Source: Thermoplasmata archaeon
Lineage (GTDB): Archaea; Thermoplasmatota; Thermoplasmata; Lutacidiplasmatales; UBA184
Reading direction: 5' to 3'
Length of the DNA stretch: 56,405 nucleotides
NCBI GenBank assembly: GCA_021826685.1
Contig: JAKAYT010000006.1
Coordinates: forward strand, 1 to 56,405
In this document: piece by piece, positions 9,027 through 18,798 of the stretch
Layout of the letters: the number at the start of each line of letters is the position of its first letter
How positions within the stretch are numbered: position 1 is the stretch's first letter
Made by a program: the position numbers and the translations under genes
The notes under the pieces: generated by a model
Told to the model about the DNA's origin: nothing
The model's input: the letters and a program-made list of their open reading frames with translations, nothing else
The model's database searches: none

Positions 9027-9926
9027 ATGGCCGCTCTCCTCCTCGTTCGCTACGGCGAACTCGCGCTCAAGTCTCCGCCGGTCCGTCGCGACTTCGAGCG
9101 CCAGCTCCGCCGCAACATCCTCGATCAGTTCCTGGCGAACGGCCTCGTGGGGCGGCTGCGGAGCGACCATGGTCACCTGTACGCCGAGGTGAACGACGCG
9201 GCGGACGGAACGAGGGTGCTTCGGCGCGTGTTCGGCGTCACTTCGGTCAGTCAGGTCTGGGAGGTGCCGACCGAGTTCGCCGGCATCCGCGAGCGACTGC
9301 TCGAGCTGGGCGAGCCCGCCCTGGTCCCCCACGCGTCGTTCGCCGTTCGATCGCGGCGGACGGGCACCCACCCCTTCACGAGTCAGGAACTCGCCCGCGA
9401 CCTCGGTGCGGCCGTGCTCGATCGGTTCGCCGACCGCAATCTTTCGGTCGACCTCGAGCAGCCCCGCGTCGAACTCTTTGTCGAGGTTCGCGGCCCCCGA
9501 ACGTACCTTTCCCTCGACCGTTTCGCAGGCCCCGGCGGTCTTCCGTTGGGGGTCGCGGGCCGCGTGGCGGCGATGGTCGACGGCCCTCGAGGAGCGCTGG
9601 GAACGTATCTCATGATGAAACGAGGATGCCGCTGCGCCGTTGTCGCCCTGCCCTCGGGTCGCCCGCTTGTCGAGCGGGTCCTCGCACGATTCGACCCGAA
9701 GGTCCGGGTGCGGAACGCCGAGTCGGCCGAGGACGCGTGGGTGCCGCAACTCGCCGAGGCCGCCGAAGAGACCCACGCCGATGGGATCGTCCTTCCCATG
9801 GACGTGGACGGCTTCGCCGTCGAGCGCGAGCGCTGGGGGGACCGCGTTCTGTTCTCGCCCACGGTCGGTTGGAGCGACGAGGAGGTGACGGAGCGATGGA
9901 AGCGCGTCGAGGAACTCGCAGCGTGA
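9027..9926 (+). CDS. THUMP-domain ThiI-like protein with degenerate PP-loop
   Basis: VRYGELALKS, RVFGV, THUMP, GPGGLPLG and LMMKRGC are ThiI hallmarks, but SGGxDS is absent; ATG 9027 follows TTTTAA. Confidence 0.85.
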   Translation: MAALLLVRYGELALKSPPVRRDFERQLRRNILDQFLANGLVGRLRSDHGHLYAEVNDAADGTRVLRRVFGVTSVSQVWEVPTEFAGIRERLLELGEPALVPHASFAVRSRRTGTHPFTSQELARDLGAAVLDRFADRNLSVDLEQPRVELFVEVRGPRTYLSLDRFAGPGGLPLGVAGRVAAMVDGPRGALGTYLMMKRGCRCAVVALPSGRPLVERVLARFDPKVRVRNAESAEDAWVPQLAEAAEETHADGIVLPMDVDGFAVERERWGDRVLFSPTVGWSDEEVTERWKRVEELAA

Positions 9927-10186
9927 TGCAGCAACGAATCGATCCCGAACCCGCTTCGGAGCCCCCGACCCTCCCGACCGGTGGGGCCTCCGCCGCCCCC
10001 GCGCCCATTCCCCCCACCCCGATCCTCCCAGCGCTCCCGCAGGACTCCGACACCGCTCTGTGGGAGCGCCGGCGCCAATGGCGCGAGGAACGGGAGCGGT
10101 TCGAACGCTTCTCGAACATCTCCTCGGCCCGGATACCCCCGCGTCCTTCGCCCGGCTCCTCCTCCCCAGAACGCCCCGAGGAGTGA
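9926..10186 (+). CDS. hypothetical Pro-rich small protein (86 aa)
   Basis: ATG overlaps upstream stop (TGATG); fills the intergenic gap; charged helix WERRRQWREERERFERF. Confidence 0.45.
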   Translation: MQQRIDPEPASEPPTLPTGGASAAPAPIPPTPILPALPQDSDTALWERRRQWREERERFERFSNISSARIPPRPSPGSSSPERPEE

Positions 10187-10265
10187 CCGCGCCTAGCGTT
10201 CTGGGCCCCGCGTTGGGCGAAGCGTTAAGTGGGCCGCCCGAGTCGAGCCGGCGGAGCGCCCATTC

Positions 10266-10454
10266 ATGCCGATCTACGAGGTGACCGGACGGTTCTTGGC
10301 CCGCCGCAACGACTGGCAAATCTTCCGCAAGCGCCACGACGCGACCTCGCCCGAAGAGGCCACGGAGTGGGCGCTGAGCGAGATCGGGGGCTGCCATCAC
10401 GTGGCGCGCCGCCTCATCCGCATCGAGTCGGTCGCGGAGGCTAAGGCGTCGTGA
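10266..10454 (+). CDS. rpl18a: 50S ribosomal protein LX (eL20/L18Ae)
   Basis: YEVTGRF...FRK...EEATEWALSEIGGCHHV.RRLIRI pattern; conserved position before pfdA-ftsY. Confidence 0.88.
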   Translation: MPIYEVTGRFLARRNDWQIFRKRHDATSPEEATEWALSEIGGCHHVARRLIRIESVAEAKAS

Positions 10455-10921
10455 GCGCTCGGGCTCCTTCGGTGACACCGGAGCAACAGGTCCAAGAGGA
10501 CCTGATGCGCCTCGATGCCTACCGCAACCAGCTGAACCAGCTCCTGCAGCAGAGCCAACTTCTCGAGAGCTCGCGTGCCGACCATCTCCGGGCGAGAGAG
10601 ACGCTCGACGGCCTCGACAACGTGGACGCTTCGCGCGAGATCGTGATCCCGCTGGGGGCCGAGACGTACTTGCGCGGCTCCGCCGCCACTCACGCCCCGA
10701 TCCTACTGGGGATCGGGTCCGGTGTCGTCGCCGAGATGGATCGGGCCAAAGCGTCCGAGGTGCTTCACGAGCGGCTGACCCGCTTGGACCAAGCCGCCCG
10801 CGAGCTCGGGGGCCAGATCGACGCTATCCAGGAACGGATCGATGTCCTGACCCAGCGGATCGAGGCGATGACCCAGGGCGAACCGGCCCCATCTGCGAAG
10901 AACGATGTGGGCGGCGATTAG
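10451..10921 (+). CDS. pfdA: prefoldin subunit alpha
   Basis: Coiled coil - beta hairpins (IVIPLGAETY, LLGIGSGVVAE) - coiled coil; synteny with LX and ftsY. Confidence 0.92.
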   Translation: MSARAPSVTPEQQVQEDLMRLDAYRNQLNQLLQQSQLLESSRADHLRARETLDGLDNVDASREIVIPLGAETYLRGSAATHAPILLGIGSGVVAEMDRAKASEVLHERLTRLDQAARELGGQIDAIQERIDVLTQRIEAMTQGEPAPSAKNDVGGD

Positions 10922-11939
10922 GGCGCGTCTGCGTCGCTCCCAACCCACGGAGGCGACGGCGCCGGGCGAGCCGGTCGCACCGACCCCCGCCTCCCCACGC
11001 CCGGCCGTCCCGCCCCCTTCGCGCGGGGATTCGTCCGCCCTCGGCGAGCCGACGCGGCACTTCACGGAGGGCATGATGGGCCGCCACCTCAAGGAGTCGA
11101 CCCTCGATGACGCGCTCGACGACCTCGAGATCGTTCTCTTGCAGTCGGACGTGGCCCTTCCGGTCGCCGAGAAGCTCGAAGAGAACCTCCGACGCGACCT
11201 TCTGGGCAAGAAGCTCCGCTGGGGGGCGGATGTCGAGGCCGCGGTGCGCGACAGCCTCGCGCAGAGTATCCGTTCGATCCTCGCGCGACCCCCCATCGAT
11301 CTTCCGAAGGCGATCCGGGAGTCGCCGACCCACCCGTACGTCATCCTGTTCCTGGGAGTGAACGGGACGGGGAAGACCACGACGATCGCGAAGATCGCGG
11401 GGTGGCTGAAGCACCAGGGGATCGTCTCCGTCATCGCCGCCGGCGACACGTTCCGCGCCGGGGCGATCGAGCAGCTCCTCGTTCATGGTGAGCGTCTGGG
11501 GATTCGGGTTGTCCGCCAACAAGAGGGGAGCGATCCGGCGGCCGTTGCCTTCGACGCGATCGAGCACGCGCGAGCGAAGGGAGTGCCCGTCGTCCTCGTC
11601 GACACCGCCGGTCGACAGCACACCAACGAGAACCTCGTGGCGGAGGCTCAGAAGATCCGCCGCGTTGCCAAGCCGCAGCTCACGCTCTTCGTCGGGGACG
11701 CCCTCAGCGGCAACGATGTCGTCGAACAGGCACGGCTCTTCGATGAAGCGCTCGGCATCGATGGCCTCGTGCTCACGAAGTTGGACGCCGACACGAAGGG
11801 AGGTTCCGCGGTGAGCACCGTCTACGCCACGAAGAAGCCGATCGTGTTCGTAGGCACGGGCCAGGGGTACGACGACCTCGCTCCGTTCGATCCGGACTGG
11901 ATGGTCCGCCGGCTGTTCCAAGAGGGGACCGCGGCGTGA
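10905..11939 (+). CDS. ftsY: signal recognition particle receptor FtsY
   Basis: GVNGTGKTTT, DTFRAGA, DTAGR and TKLDADTKGG motifs. Confidence 0.96.
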   Translation: MWAAIRARLRRSQPTEATAPGEPVAPTPASPRPAVPPPSRGDSSALGEPTRHFTEGMMGRHLKESTLDDALDDLEIVLLQSDVALPVAEKLEENLRRDLLGKKLRWGADVEAAVRDSLAQSIRSILARPPIDLPKAIRESPTHPYVILFLGVNGTGKTTTIAKIAGWLKHQGIVSVIAAGDTFRAGAIEQLLVHGERLGIRVVRQQEGSDPAAVAFDAIEHARAKGVPVVLVDTAGRQHTNENLVAEAQKIRRVAKPQLTLFVGDALSGNDVVEQARLFDEALGIDGLVLTKLDADTKGGSAVSTVYATKKPIVFVGTGQGYDDLAPFDPDWMVRRLFQEGTAA

Positions 11940-12673
11940 GCGCCGAGATCGACGTGGTTCTGGTCCGGCCCAAGGAGGACGGAAACGTCGGCGCCGTCGC
12001 CCGGGTCGCGCGGAATTTCGGCGCCCGCCATCTGGTCCTCGTGGCCCCCCGCGCCCCTCTCGGTCCGGAGGCGCGTCGCCGCTCGATGGGCGGCCTCGCG
12101 CTCCTCAAAGATGCGCGCACCTACTCTACGCTCGATCGTGCGATCGTCGATGCGGACCTCGTCGTGGGAACGACCGACATGTCCACGGGACGGTCGAACG
12201 CCTACCTTCGCCGCTCGGTGAGCCCTGAGAGGCTCGGAGAGATGCTCGCACCGGTCCACGGCCGCGCGGCGATCGTCTTCGGCCCGGAGGACAACGGGCT
12301 ATCCCGGACCGAGCTCAATCGATGCGATCTGCTGGTGCACATCCCCGCGCGACGCGAGTTCCCGACCCTCAACCTTTCGCACGCAGCGGCGGTCGTGCTC
12401 TACGCGGTCCACCGGGCTCCGAAGGGCATGTCGGACCTTAGCACGCCGGCCCCCGAGATCGTCGAGCTGAACGGCCGGGAAAAGGAGCTCTTCTTGGCCC
12501 GCGCCGAGGGAATCCTGTCTCGGACCCGCTATCCCGCCCACAAGCGCAGGGGTTTAATCCTCCTCTTTCGTCGTGTGCTCGGACGCGCCAGCCCGACCGA
12601 GGCCGAGTATCGCATGATGCTCGGATTCCTGAAGGGCATCGATCGATCGTTGGCCGGCAAGCGCAGAAAATGA
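11936..12673 (+). CDS. trmJ: SPOUT tRNA methyltransferase, TrmJ family
   Basis: GNVGAVARVARNFG, VFGPEDNGL and PTLNLSHA motifs. Confidence 0.88.
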   Translation: MSAEIDVVLVRPKEDGNVGAVARVARNFGARHLVLVAPRAPLGPEARRRSMGGLALLKDARTYSTLDRAIVDADLVVGTTDMSTGRSNAYLRRSVSPERLGEMLAPVHGRAAIVFGPEDNGLSRTELNRCDLLVHIPARREFPTLNLSHAAAVVLYAVHRAPKGMSDLSTPAPEIVELNGREKELFLARAEGILSRTRYPAHKRRGLILLFRRVLGRASPTEAEYRMMLGFLKGIDRSLAGKRRK

Positions 12674-13083
12674 GCGATAACGGAGAGTGGCTACGGGGCC
12701 GAGGGATCGGCCGCGAGCGATTCGCGACGTACCTCGGCGACTACCTCGCGACCCTCGGATTCGAGGTTCAGAAGACGGAGTTCGCGGAGCCCACGCACAC
12801 CGTACTCTCGGCTCGGCTTACCCGCATGAACCCCTCCGTCCCCGCGTCCGCGAAGGAGCTCAGCTTCGAGCTGTTCCCGAGCAGCGGGGGAGCCACCCTC
12901 TATTGGAAAGGCCCCGCTCAGATCGACGCGAAGGAAGCCGGTCGAATGGACCGCTTCGTGAGGGAAATCTCGACCCATCTCGAGCGCGTGATCGCGACCG
13001 AGAGCCATCTCGCGTCGCGCGTGATCCGGCCGCCCGTCGTGCGCCTGCCTTGGGAGCCGGCGCCTTCGGCCGCTCCTTCGTGA
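12670..13083 (+). CDS. hypothetical protein
   Basis: ATGA coupling to the trmJ stop; globular-looking composition. Confidence 0.65.
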   Translation: MSDNGEWLRGRGIGRERFATYLGDYLATLGFEVQKTEFAEPTHTVLSARLTRMNPSVPASAKELSFELFPSSGGATLYWKGPAQIDAKEAGRMDRFVREISTHLERVIATESHLASRVIRPPVVRLPWEPAPSAAPS

Positions 13084-13098
13084 AGGTGCGGGCCAGCT

Positions 13099-13353
13099 TC
13101 AGCTCTTCTTCTCGGTGGCCGCAGAATCCTTCGGCTCCGTTCCCTCGCCCTTGAGGCCCTTCTTCATGCCCGAGACGAATCCTTTGGCGCCCAGGACACC
13201 GGCGCGGCCGATCTTGCCCGCGACGACGCCCGTGTCCTTCGCGATCTGCTCCGTCCCACTGACGGCCCGGTCTCCGAAAGAGAGCTCCTTGCCGCACTTC
13301 GCGCAGGTCTTCGCACCCTCCGGCACCTCGGCGCCGCATGCTGGACACTTCAT
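13099..13353 (-). CDS. zinc-ribbon domain protein
   Basis: CPACG...CAKCG followed by a Gly/Lys amphipathic tail; TTTTTA box ~40 nt upstream. Confidence 0.75.
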   Translation of the reverse strand: MKCPACGAEVPEGAKTCAKCGKELSFGDRAVSGTEQIAKDTGVVAGKIGRAGVLGAKGFVSGMKKGLKGEGTEPKDSAATEKKS

Positions 13354-13512
13354 GTCGGTTAGTTCCCCCCGGCGCCAGAGCGCGCCGGCTCTAAAAAGTC
13401 ACTCTCGCCGCAGCGACCGGTCTCGGGACTGTTCGAAGCCGCCCCGATGAGAGAGCTGGGGTGTCGGGCACGACGTTTTGCCCCCGTCTGGCAGACCACC
13501 CGACAGGTCAGA

Positions 13513-13520
13513 TTTAAATA
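13513..13520 (+). promoter_or_regulatory. TATA box of thermosome gene
   Basis: TTTAAATA in a GC-rich context; GGAGG Shine-Dalgarno before ATG 13578. Confidence 0.8.
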
Positions 13521-13577
13521 GAACCGCTTTTCTACCCAAACCGACCACCCAGAGGGATCTCGGGGAGGAAGAAGCGT

Positions 13578-15245
13578 ATGCTGACAGGACAAACACCGAT
13601 TTTGGTACTGAAGGAAGGAACGAAGCGTGAGAAGGGGCGCGGTGCGCTCTCGAACAACATCTCGGCAGCGAAGGCGATTGCAGACGCGGTCCGCTCGACG
13701 CTCGGCCCCCGGGGCCTCGATAAGATGCTCGTCGATTCGATGGGCGATGTCGTCGTCACCAACGATGGGGTCACCATCCTCAAGGAGATGGACGTCGAGC
13801 ACCCGGCCGCGAAGATGCTGGTCGAGGTCGCGAAGACCCAAGACCAGGAAGCGGGCGACGGGACCACCACGGCGGTCATCTTGACCGGCGAGTTGCTGAA
13901 GCGCGCCGAGAGCCTCATCGAGCAGAACATCCACCCGACGATCATCAGCCAAGGCTACCGTCTCGCCTCCCAGAAGGCTCTCGAGATGCTCGACCAGATC
14001 GCGCAACCGATCAAGATCGAGGACCACGCGATGCTCAAGGAGATCGCCGAGACCGCGATGGGCTCGAAGTCGGTCAGTTTCAACCGCGAGCTTCTGGGCG
14101 AGATCTCGGTCAAGGCTGTCACCAGCGTGGCCGAGAAGAAGGACGGCCGCTACTCGGTCGACCTCGACAACATCCAGCTCATCAAGAAGCAGGGCGGCGC
14201 GATCTCGGACACTCAATTGATCGAGGGCGTCATCGTCGACAAGGAGAAAGTCCACTCCGGGATGCCGACGCTGGTCACGAACCCGAAGATTGCTCTCCTG
14301 GACGCGGCGTTGGAGATCAAGAAGACCGAGATCGACGCGAAGATCGAGATCAACGATCCCACCCAGCTCAACGCGTTCCTCGCCGAGGAGGAGAACATGC
14401 TGCGTCGGATGGTCGACCAGGTCAAGAAGTCCGGCGCGAACGTCGTCTTCTGTCAGAAGGGGATCGACGACCTCGCCCAGCACTTCCTCGCCAAGGAAGG
14501 GATCTACGGAGTTCGCCGCGTGAAGAAGTCCGACATGGACAAGCTGGCGAAGGCCACGGGCGCGAACGTGGTGAGCAAGGTCAGCGAGCTCACGGCGGAG
14601 GACATCGGCACGGCCGGCACGGTCGAGGAACGCAAGATCGGGGAGGATTCCCTGACGTTCGTCACCGGAGCCAAGAAGGCGAAGGCGGTCAGCATCCTCA
14701 TTCGCGGCGGGACCGAGCACGTGCTGGACGAGATCGAGCGCTCGCTCGATGACGCCCTGAACGTCGTCGCCGTGGCGGTCGAGGACGGGAAGTACGTCTA
14801 CGGCGGCGGCGCGACCGCGAGCGAGCTCGCCCTCCAGCTGCGCGACCACGCGGCGAAGGTCGGCGGACGCGAGCAGATCGCGTTCGAGAGCTTCGCGGAG
14901 TCCTTGGAGACGATCCCCCGGACCCTCGCCGAGAACGCGGGCCTCGACCCGATCGACATCCTGATCGAGCTGAGGAAGTCCCACAAGGCGGGCAAGAAGA
15001 GCGCCGGCGTGAACGTCCGCGCGGGCAAGATCGACGACATGAGCGGTCTCAAGGTGATTGAGCCGATCCGCGTGGGACGTCAGGCGATCGAGAGCGCGAC
15101 CGATGCCGCGGTGATGATCCTGAGGATCGACGACGTCATCGCGTCCAAGTCGTCCCCGCCCCCTTCGGGCGGTGCCGGCGGCCCGGGCGGCCCCGGCGGA
15201 ATGGGCGGCATGGGCGGGATGGGCGGCGGCGACTTCGAGGACTAA
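13578..15245 (+). CDS. ths: thermosome (group II chaperonin) subunit
   Basis: [24 protein letters not shown] and ILRIDDVI motifs; GGM-repeat tail. Confidence 0.98.
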   Translation: MLTGQTPILVLKEGTKREKGRGALSNNISAAKAIADAVRSTLGPRGLDKMLVDSMGDVVVTNDGVTILKEMDVEHPAAKMLVEVAKTQDQEAGDGTTTAVILTGELLKRAESLIEQNIHPTIISQGYRLASQKALEMLDQIAQPIKIEDHAMLKEIAETAMGSKSVSFNRELLGEISVKAVTSVAEKKDGRYSVDLDNIQLIKKQGGAISDTQLIEGVIVDKEKVHSGMPTLVTNPKIALLDAALEIKKTEIDAKIEINDPTQLNAFLAEEENMLRRMVDQVKKSGANVVFCQKGIDDLAQHFLAKEGIYGVRRVKKSDMDKLAKATGANVVSKVSELTAEDIGTAGTVEERKIGEDSLTFVTGAKKAKAVSILIRGGTEHVLDEIERSLDDALNVVAVAVEDGKYVYGGGATASELALQLRDHAAKVGGREQIAFESFAESLETIPRTLAENAGLDPIDILIELRKSHKAGKKSAGVNVRAGKIDDMSGLKVIEPIRVGRQAIESATDAAVMILRIDDVIASKSSPPPSGGAGGPGGPGGMGGMGGMGGGDFED

Positions 15246-15811
15246 GCTCGGAAGCTACTGTCCCCCCGCGAACGCGAACCCATTCGGCCGCCTTCGCCCT
15301 TCGGGGCAAGGCGGCCTTCGGTGGCCCGACGAGAGCGATCTAAGGTTGCCCGAGCCCTCTCCCTTGCGGGAGAGGCGAGCATGCCGGGGCGCCCGCGTAC
15401 CGTTTTTCGGCGTTCACGTTATCCGAAGCCTCCTTGTGTGCGGGCCCTCCCGCCGGAGTGGGGAATCGTGCGCATCCTTCAACGAACTCCGTGCAGGGCG
15501 CGAGAGCGAGGGCACGGAGGGGACGTTCCCCCCGCCGCCCGGGCCGCGCCGGAGATAGGTTCACCGATGCGCGTCGCGCGGACGATCCACGAGGCGGCTC
15601 CCGGGCCGTCGCGAGGTGAACTATGCCCCCCCTCCCTGGTGCCGGTGAACGACGAGCTCGATCGGGGGTGCGATCGGTGACGGTGCCCGATGCCGAGCGG
15701 GAGGGCGGTGCCGGCGTCCCCCGTCGCGAGTCGGTTGGCGAGGTTCGCTCCGGGGTTCCCGGGGACAAGGGCGAGGGCTCGATCCGTGCACGGGCCGCGC
15801 CCGGTCCACCG

Positions 15812-16762
15812 ATGCGCCGGGCGGTCTCGTTCTGCGCGACGAACTACGAGACGAAAGAGACCCTTGGCGCATCGCTCGCGAGCATCGAGCGGATCGGGGA
15901 ACTCGCCGGGGTTCCGTTCGAGATCGTAGTTGCCGACGGGCCGAGCGGAGCCGAGGTACGATCGGAGCTACTCGCTTGGAAGGAGGCGGACCCGATGGGC
16001 CACCAACTCATCCTCCACGAACGCAGAAATCGCGGGTACGGCCGACGTCTCGCCTTCGAGCAAAGCTCGGGGGAGTACATCGTGCCCTTCGACACTTCGA
16101 TCGTCTACACGCCGGAGATCTACGGCCCGCTTCTCCGCGCGTACGTCGCCCTCCGGACAAAGCGGATGCTCTTCTCGGAGGTATGCGTGTTTGAACGTTC
16201 CACGATCGAAGCGGTTGGGGGATGGCGCGACCTGATCGGAGGCGAAGATGTTGACGTGCAGGCGCCGGTCGCGCGGCGGTTCGGGATGATCGCCTATCCC
16301 ACCGGGGACCCCGGATCGCAATCGGCGTCGCTCCGAGCGTTGGAGCGACAGTCACGGTACGCCGGGCGACGGGGTCTCCCGCGCCTCTGGCGGCTCTTCC
16401 TCACGCAGCGCGATCAGATCGTGGGGGCGAACTATCGGGTCCGAGACCTCTTGGACTTCAACCGAACCAAGCCCCCGCTCGTGCGGGTGGCCGCGCGAGC
16501 GTGGTTCACGGCGGCCAAAACGGCGGCCGGACTGCGAGGGCTCAAACCCCGCGAGAACGGATCCAACAACTACCTCTACGTACGGGAGGAGACGATCCGG
16601 TCGATGCGCGACGGAGATCGGCTGGAGCTCGGGTGGTCGGAGGGACCACCCGTTCGCCTGGCGCTCACGCAGGACGAACGCTCGTATCTATCGCTCCATT
16701 CGACGCTCTACCGCACGGTGGCCGAAGAGCATCCCGAACTATTCCTGGACAAGGCGGGGTAA
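15812..16762 (+). CDS. glycosyltransferase family 2 protein
   Basis: FEIVVADGPS, NRGYGRRLAFEQSSGEYIVPFD, VGGW and GEDVD GT-A motifs; start refined from ORF 15623. Confidence 0.82.
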   Translation: MRRAVSFCATNYETKETLGASLASIERIGELAGVPFEIVVADGPSGAEVRSELLAWKEADPMGHQLILHERRNRGYGRRLAFEQSSGEYIVPFDTSIVYTPEIYGPLLRAYVALRTKRMLFSEVCVFERSTIEAVGGWRDLIGGEDVDVQAPVARRFGMIAYPTGDPGSQSASLRALERQSRYAGRRGLPRLWRLFLTQRDQIVGANYRVRDLLDFNRTKPPLVRVAARAWFTAAKTAAGLRGLKPRENGSNNYLYVREETIRSMRDGDRLELGWSEGPPVRLALTQDERSYLSLHSTLYRTVAEEHPELFLDKAG

Positions 16763-16935
16763 AGCAGCAACATGCCCCGGGCCGCGCGCCATGGGCGCCC
16801 CCGTGGGTCCGATCGATACGCCCGGTCCGGAAGATTGGCAGCCCGTGGTCGCGCCCCGGGGCTCGGGGTTCGGGGAAAGCGGGGCATGGGCTCCGGCTTA
16901 AGCTCGTCAGGACGTGAGGAGGCCGCGAGGCGACG

Positions 16936-18087
16936 ATGTCGCTGGACGAGGTCGCGGACTCTCCCATCCTCCGTCTCATCGACCGGATCTTCGAGATGCG
17001 CCGGGAAGGTGCCGAGATCCTTTCGCTCCACATCGGCGAACCCGACTTCGAGACACCGCTGGGCATTCGAGAGGCCGCGTTCCGCGCGATGAACTCCGGT
17101 CGTACCCACTACGTCGCCGCGCAAGGAAGCCCGGGACTCCGAGCGGCAATCGCGGACCGGCTCCGTACCCGCCACGGGATCCCGGCGCGGGCCGAGACGG
17201 TCGTCGTCGTCCCGGCCAAGTTCGCTCTGTACGCGTCGTTGCTCGCCACGGTCGGCCCGGGAGACGAGGTCCTCCTTCCGGACCCCACCTACTTGCTCGT
17301 GCAACCCAGCCAGTTGGTCGGAGCGCGACCCGTGTTCTTCCCCCTCCGGGAGGATTTCTCCTTCGACCTCGACGCCATGGCCCGCGCGATCACCCCCCGC
17401 ACCCGCGCCGTGGTCCTTGTCAGCCCATCGAACCCTACCGGACGACTGCTCACGGAGGAGGACATCCGCGGGATCCTTGGGCTAGCCCGACGCCACGGGC
17501 TGGCGGTCATCAGCGACGAGACGTACGAGTCGCTCGTCTACGAGGGGGTCCACGTCGCACCGGCGGCCGTCGCCGGTACCGACACGACCGTGATCACGAT
17601 CGGGAGCTTTTCGAAGATCTACTCGATGACCGGCTGGCGGATCGGCTACGCGATCGCGCCGGCGCCGATCGTCGCTCGGCTCGTCAAGATCGTCGAGCAC
17701 ACCCTCACCTGCGTTCCCCCGTTCATCCAGGACGCGGCGGAGTGGGCGCTCGCGAATGCTTCGGAGGACGAGGCGCGGTTCCGGGCGACGTTTCGCGAGC
17801 GTCGGGACCATTTGATCGAACGGTTGTCGAAGGTTCGGGGCCTTGCTTTCGTCCGCCCGCAGGGTGCCTTCTACGTATTCCCGAAGTACGATCTTCCTCT
17901 CCCCTCGGTGGAGTTCTGCGGGGCCTTGCTCCAAGAGGAGCGCGTCGCGGTGGTCCCCGGGATCGCGTTCGGACCGCACGGAGAGCGACACTTCCGCATA
18001 TCCTACTCCAGCCGTCTCGAGGTGGTGGACGAGGCGGTGGCGCGGCTCGAGCGATTCGTCGAGCGCCGCTCCACGCCCCGGATCTGA
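16936..18087 (+). CDS. PLP-dependent aminotransferase class I/II
   Basis: IGEPDF, SPSNPTG, SDETY and SFSKIYSMTGWRIG (PLP lysine) motifs. Confidence 0.95.
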   Translation: MSLDEVADSPILRLIDRIFEMRREGAEILSLHIGEPDFETPLGIREAAFRAMNSGRTHYVAAQGSPGLRAAIADRLRTRHGIPARAETVVVVPAKFALYASLLATVGPGDEVLLPDPTYLLVQPSQLVGARPVFFPLREDFSFDLDAMARAITPRTRAVVLVSPSNPTGRLLTEEDIRGILGLARRHGLAVISDETYESLVYEGVHVAPAAVAGTDTTVITIGSFSKIYSMTGWRIGYAIAPAPIVARLVKIVEHTLTCVPPFIQDAAEWALANASEDEARFRATFRERRDHLIERLSKVRGLAFVRPQGAFYVFPKYDLPLPSVEFCGALLQEERVAVVPGIAFGPHGERHFRISYSSRLEVVDEAVARLERFVERRSTPRI

Positions 18088-18130
18088 GGCCCCCCAACCG
18101 TTCTTGTAGTCGACTCGGTTCGCGGGGACG

Positions 18131-18787
18131 ATGAGCGACCCGCGCCGCGTCCACGATCTGACCGCACGGCTGGAGACCCACATGCCGGTCTGGGCGACCT
18201 CGCCCCTCCCGGTCTTCGAGCCGGTCGGGGTCGTTGCTCGGGACGGCTACGCGATCGAGAGGATCGCGTGCATGACCCACACCGGGACCCACGTCGACGC
18301 TCCGTACCACTTCCTGGAGGACGGGCTGACGGTCGACCGGATTCCACCCGAGAAGCTCGTGGGGTCGGCGGCGGTCCTGGACCTACGCGGCGAGACCCAG
18401 GGAGATCGGATCCCCGTGCCGGCCCTCTCTAAGCACTGGCCGAGCGGACCGGTGCCGGACATGGTGTTCTTGCACACCGGATGGAGCGACATCCGGGCGC
18501 CGACACGCAAGTACCTCTACGAGTTCCCAGGAATCGACCCGGACGGAGCGAAGTGGTTGGCGGCGCGCGGGATCCACGCCGTCGGGACCGACGCTCTTGG
18601 GATCGACCCTTACTCTAACTCGAAGTTCGAGGCGCACAAAATCCTCCTCGGCCAGGGAGTCTACATCATTGAGGCGATGGCGCATCTCTCGGAGCTGAAG
18701 GAGGGACAGCGCTACACGGCCTTCGTCGGCCCGTTGAAGATCGCGGGCGCGAGCGGAGCCATGGCCCGGGTGCTCGCGGTCGAGTAG
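18131..18787 (+). CDS. cyclase family metal hydrolase (kynurenine formamidase-like)
   Basis: HTGTHVDAPYH, VGTD, H..LL and IIE motifs. Confidence 0.92.
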   Translation: MSDPRRVHDLTARLETHMPVWATSPLPVFEPVGVVARDGYAIERIACMTHTGTHVDAPYHFLEDGLTVDRIPPEKLVGSAAVLDLRGETQGDRIPVPALSKHWPSGPVPDMVFLHTGWSDIRAPTRKYLYEFPGIDPDGAKWLAARGIHAVGTDALGIDPYSNSKFEAHKILLGQGVYIIEAMAHLSELKEGQRYTAFVGPLKIAGASGAMARVLAVE

Positions 18788-18798
18788 GGGGCGCCGAG

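Noticed and set aside
15165-15235. Tandem GGCGGC/ATGGGC repeats
   Set aside because: Encode the ordinary GGM tail of chaperonins.
15246-15811. RNase P RNA or SRP RNA
   Set aside because: No GAGGAAAGUCC / ACAGAA..GGCUUA pair and no proper SRP helix 8 motif on either strand.
16771-16888. 5S rRNA or SRP RNA (120-nt size; GGTCCGGAAG...GCAGCC resemblance)
   Set aside because: Conserved 5S loops are missing or misplaced, and the SRP-like word lacks the CAGG/AGCA internal loop.
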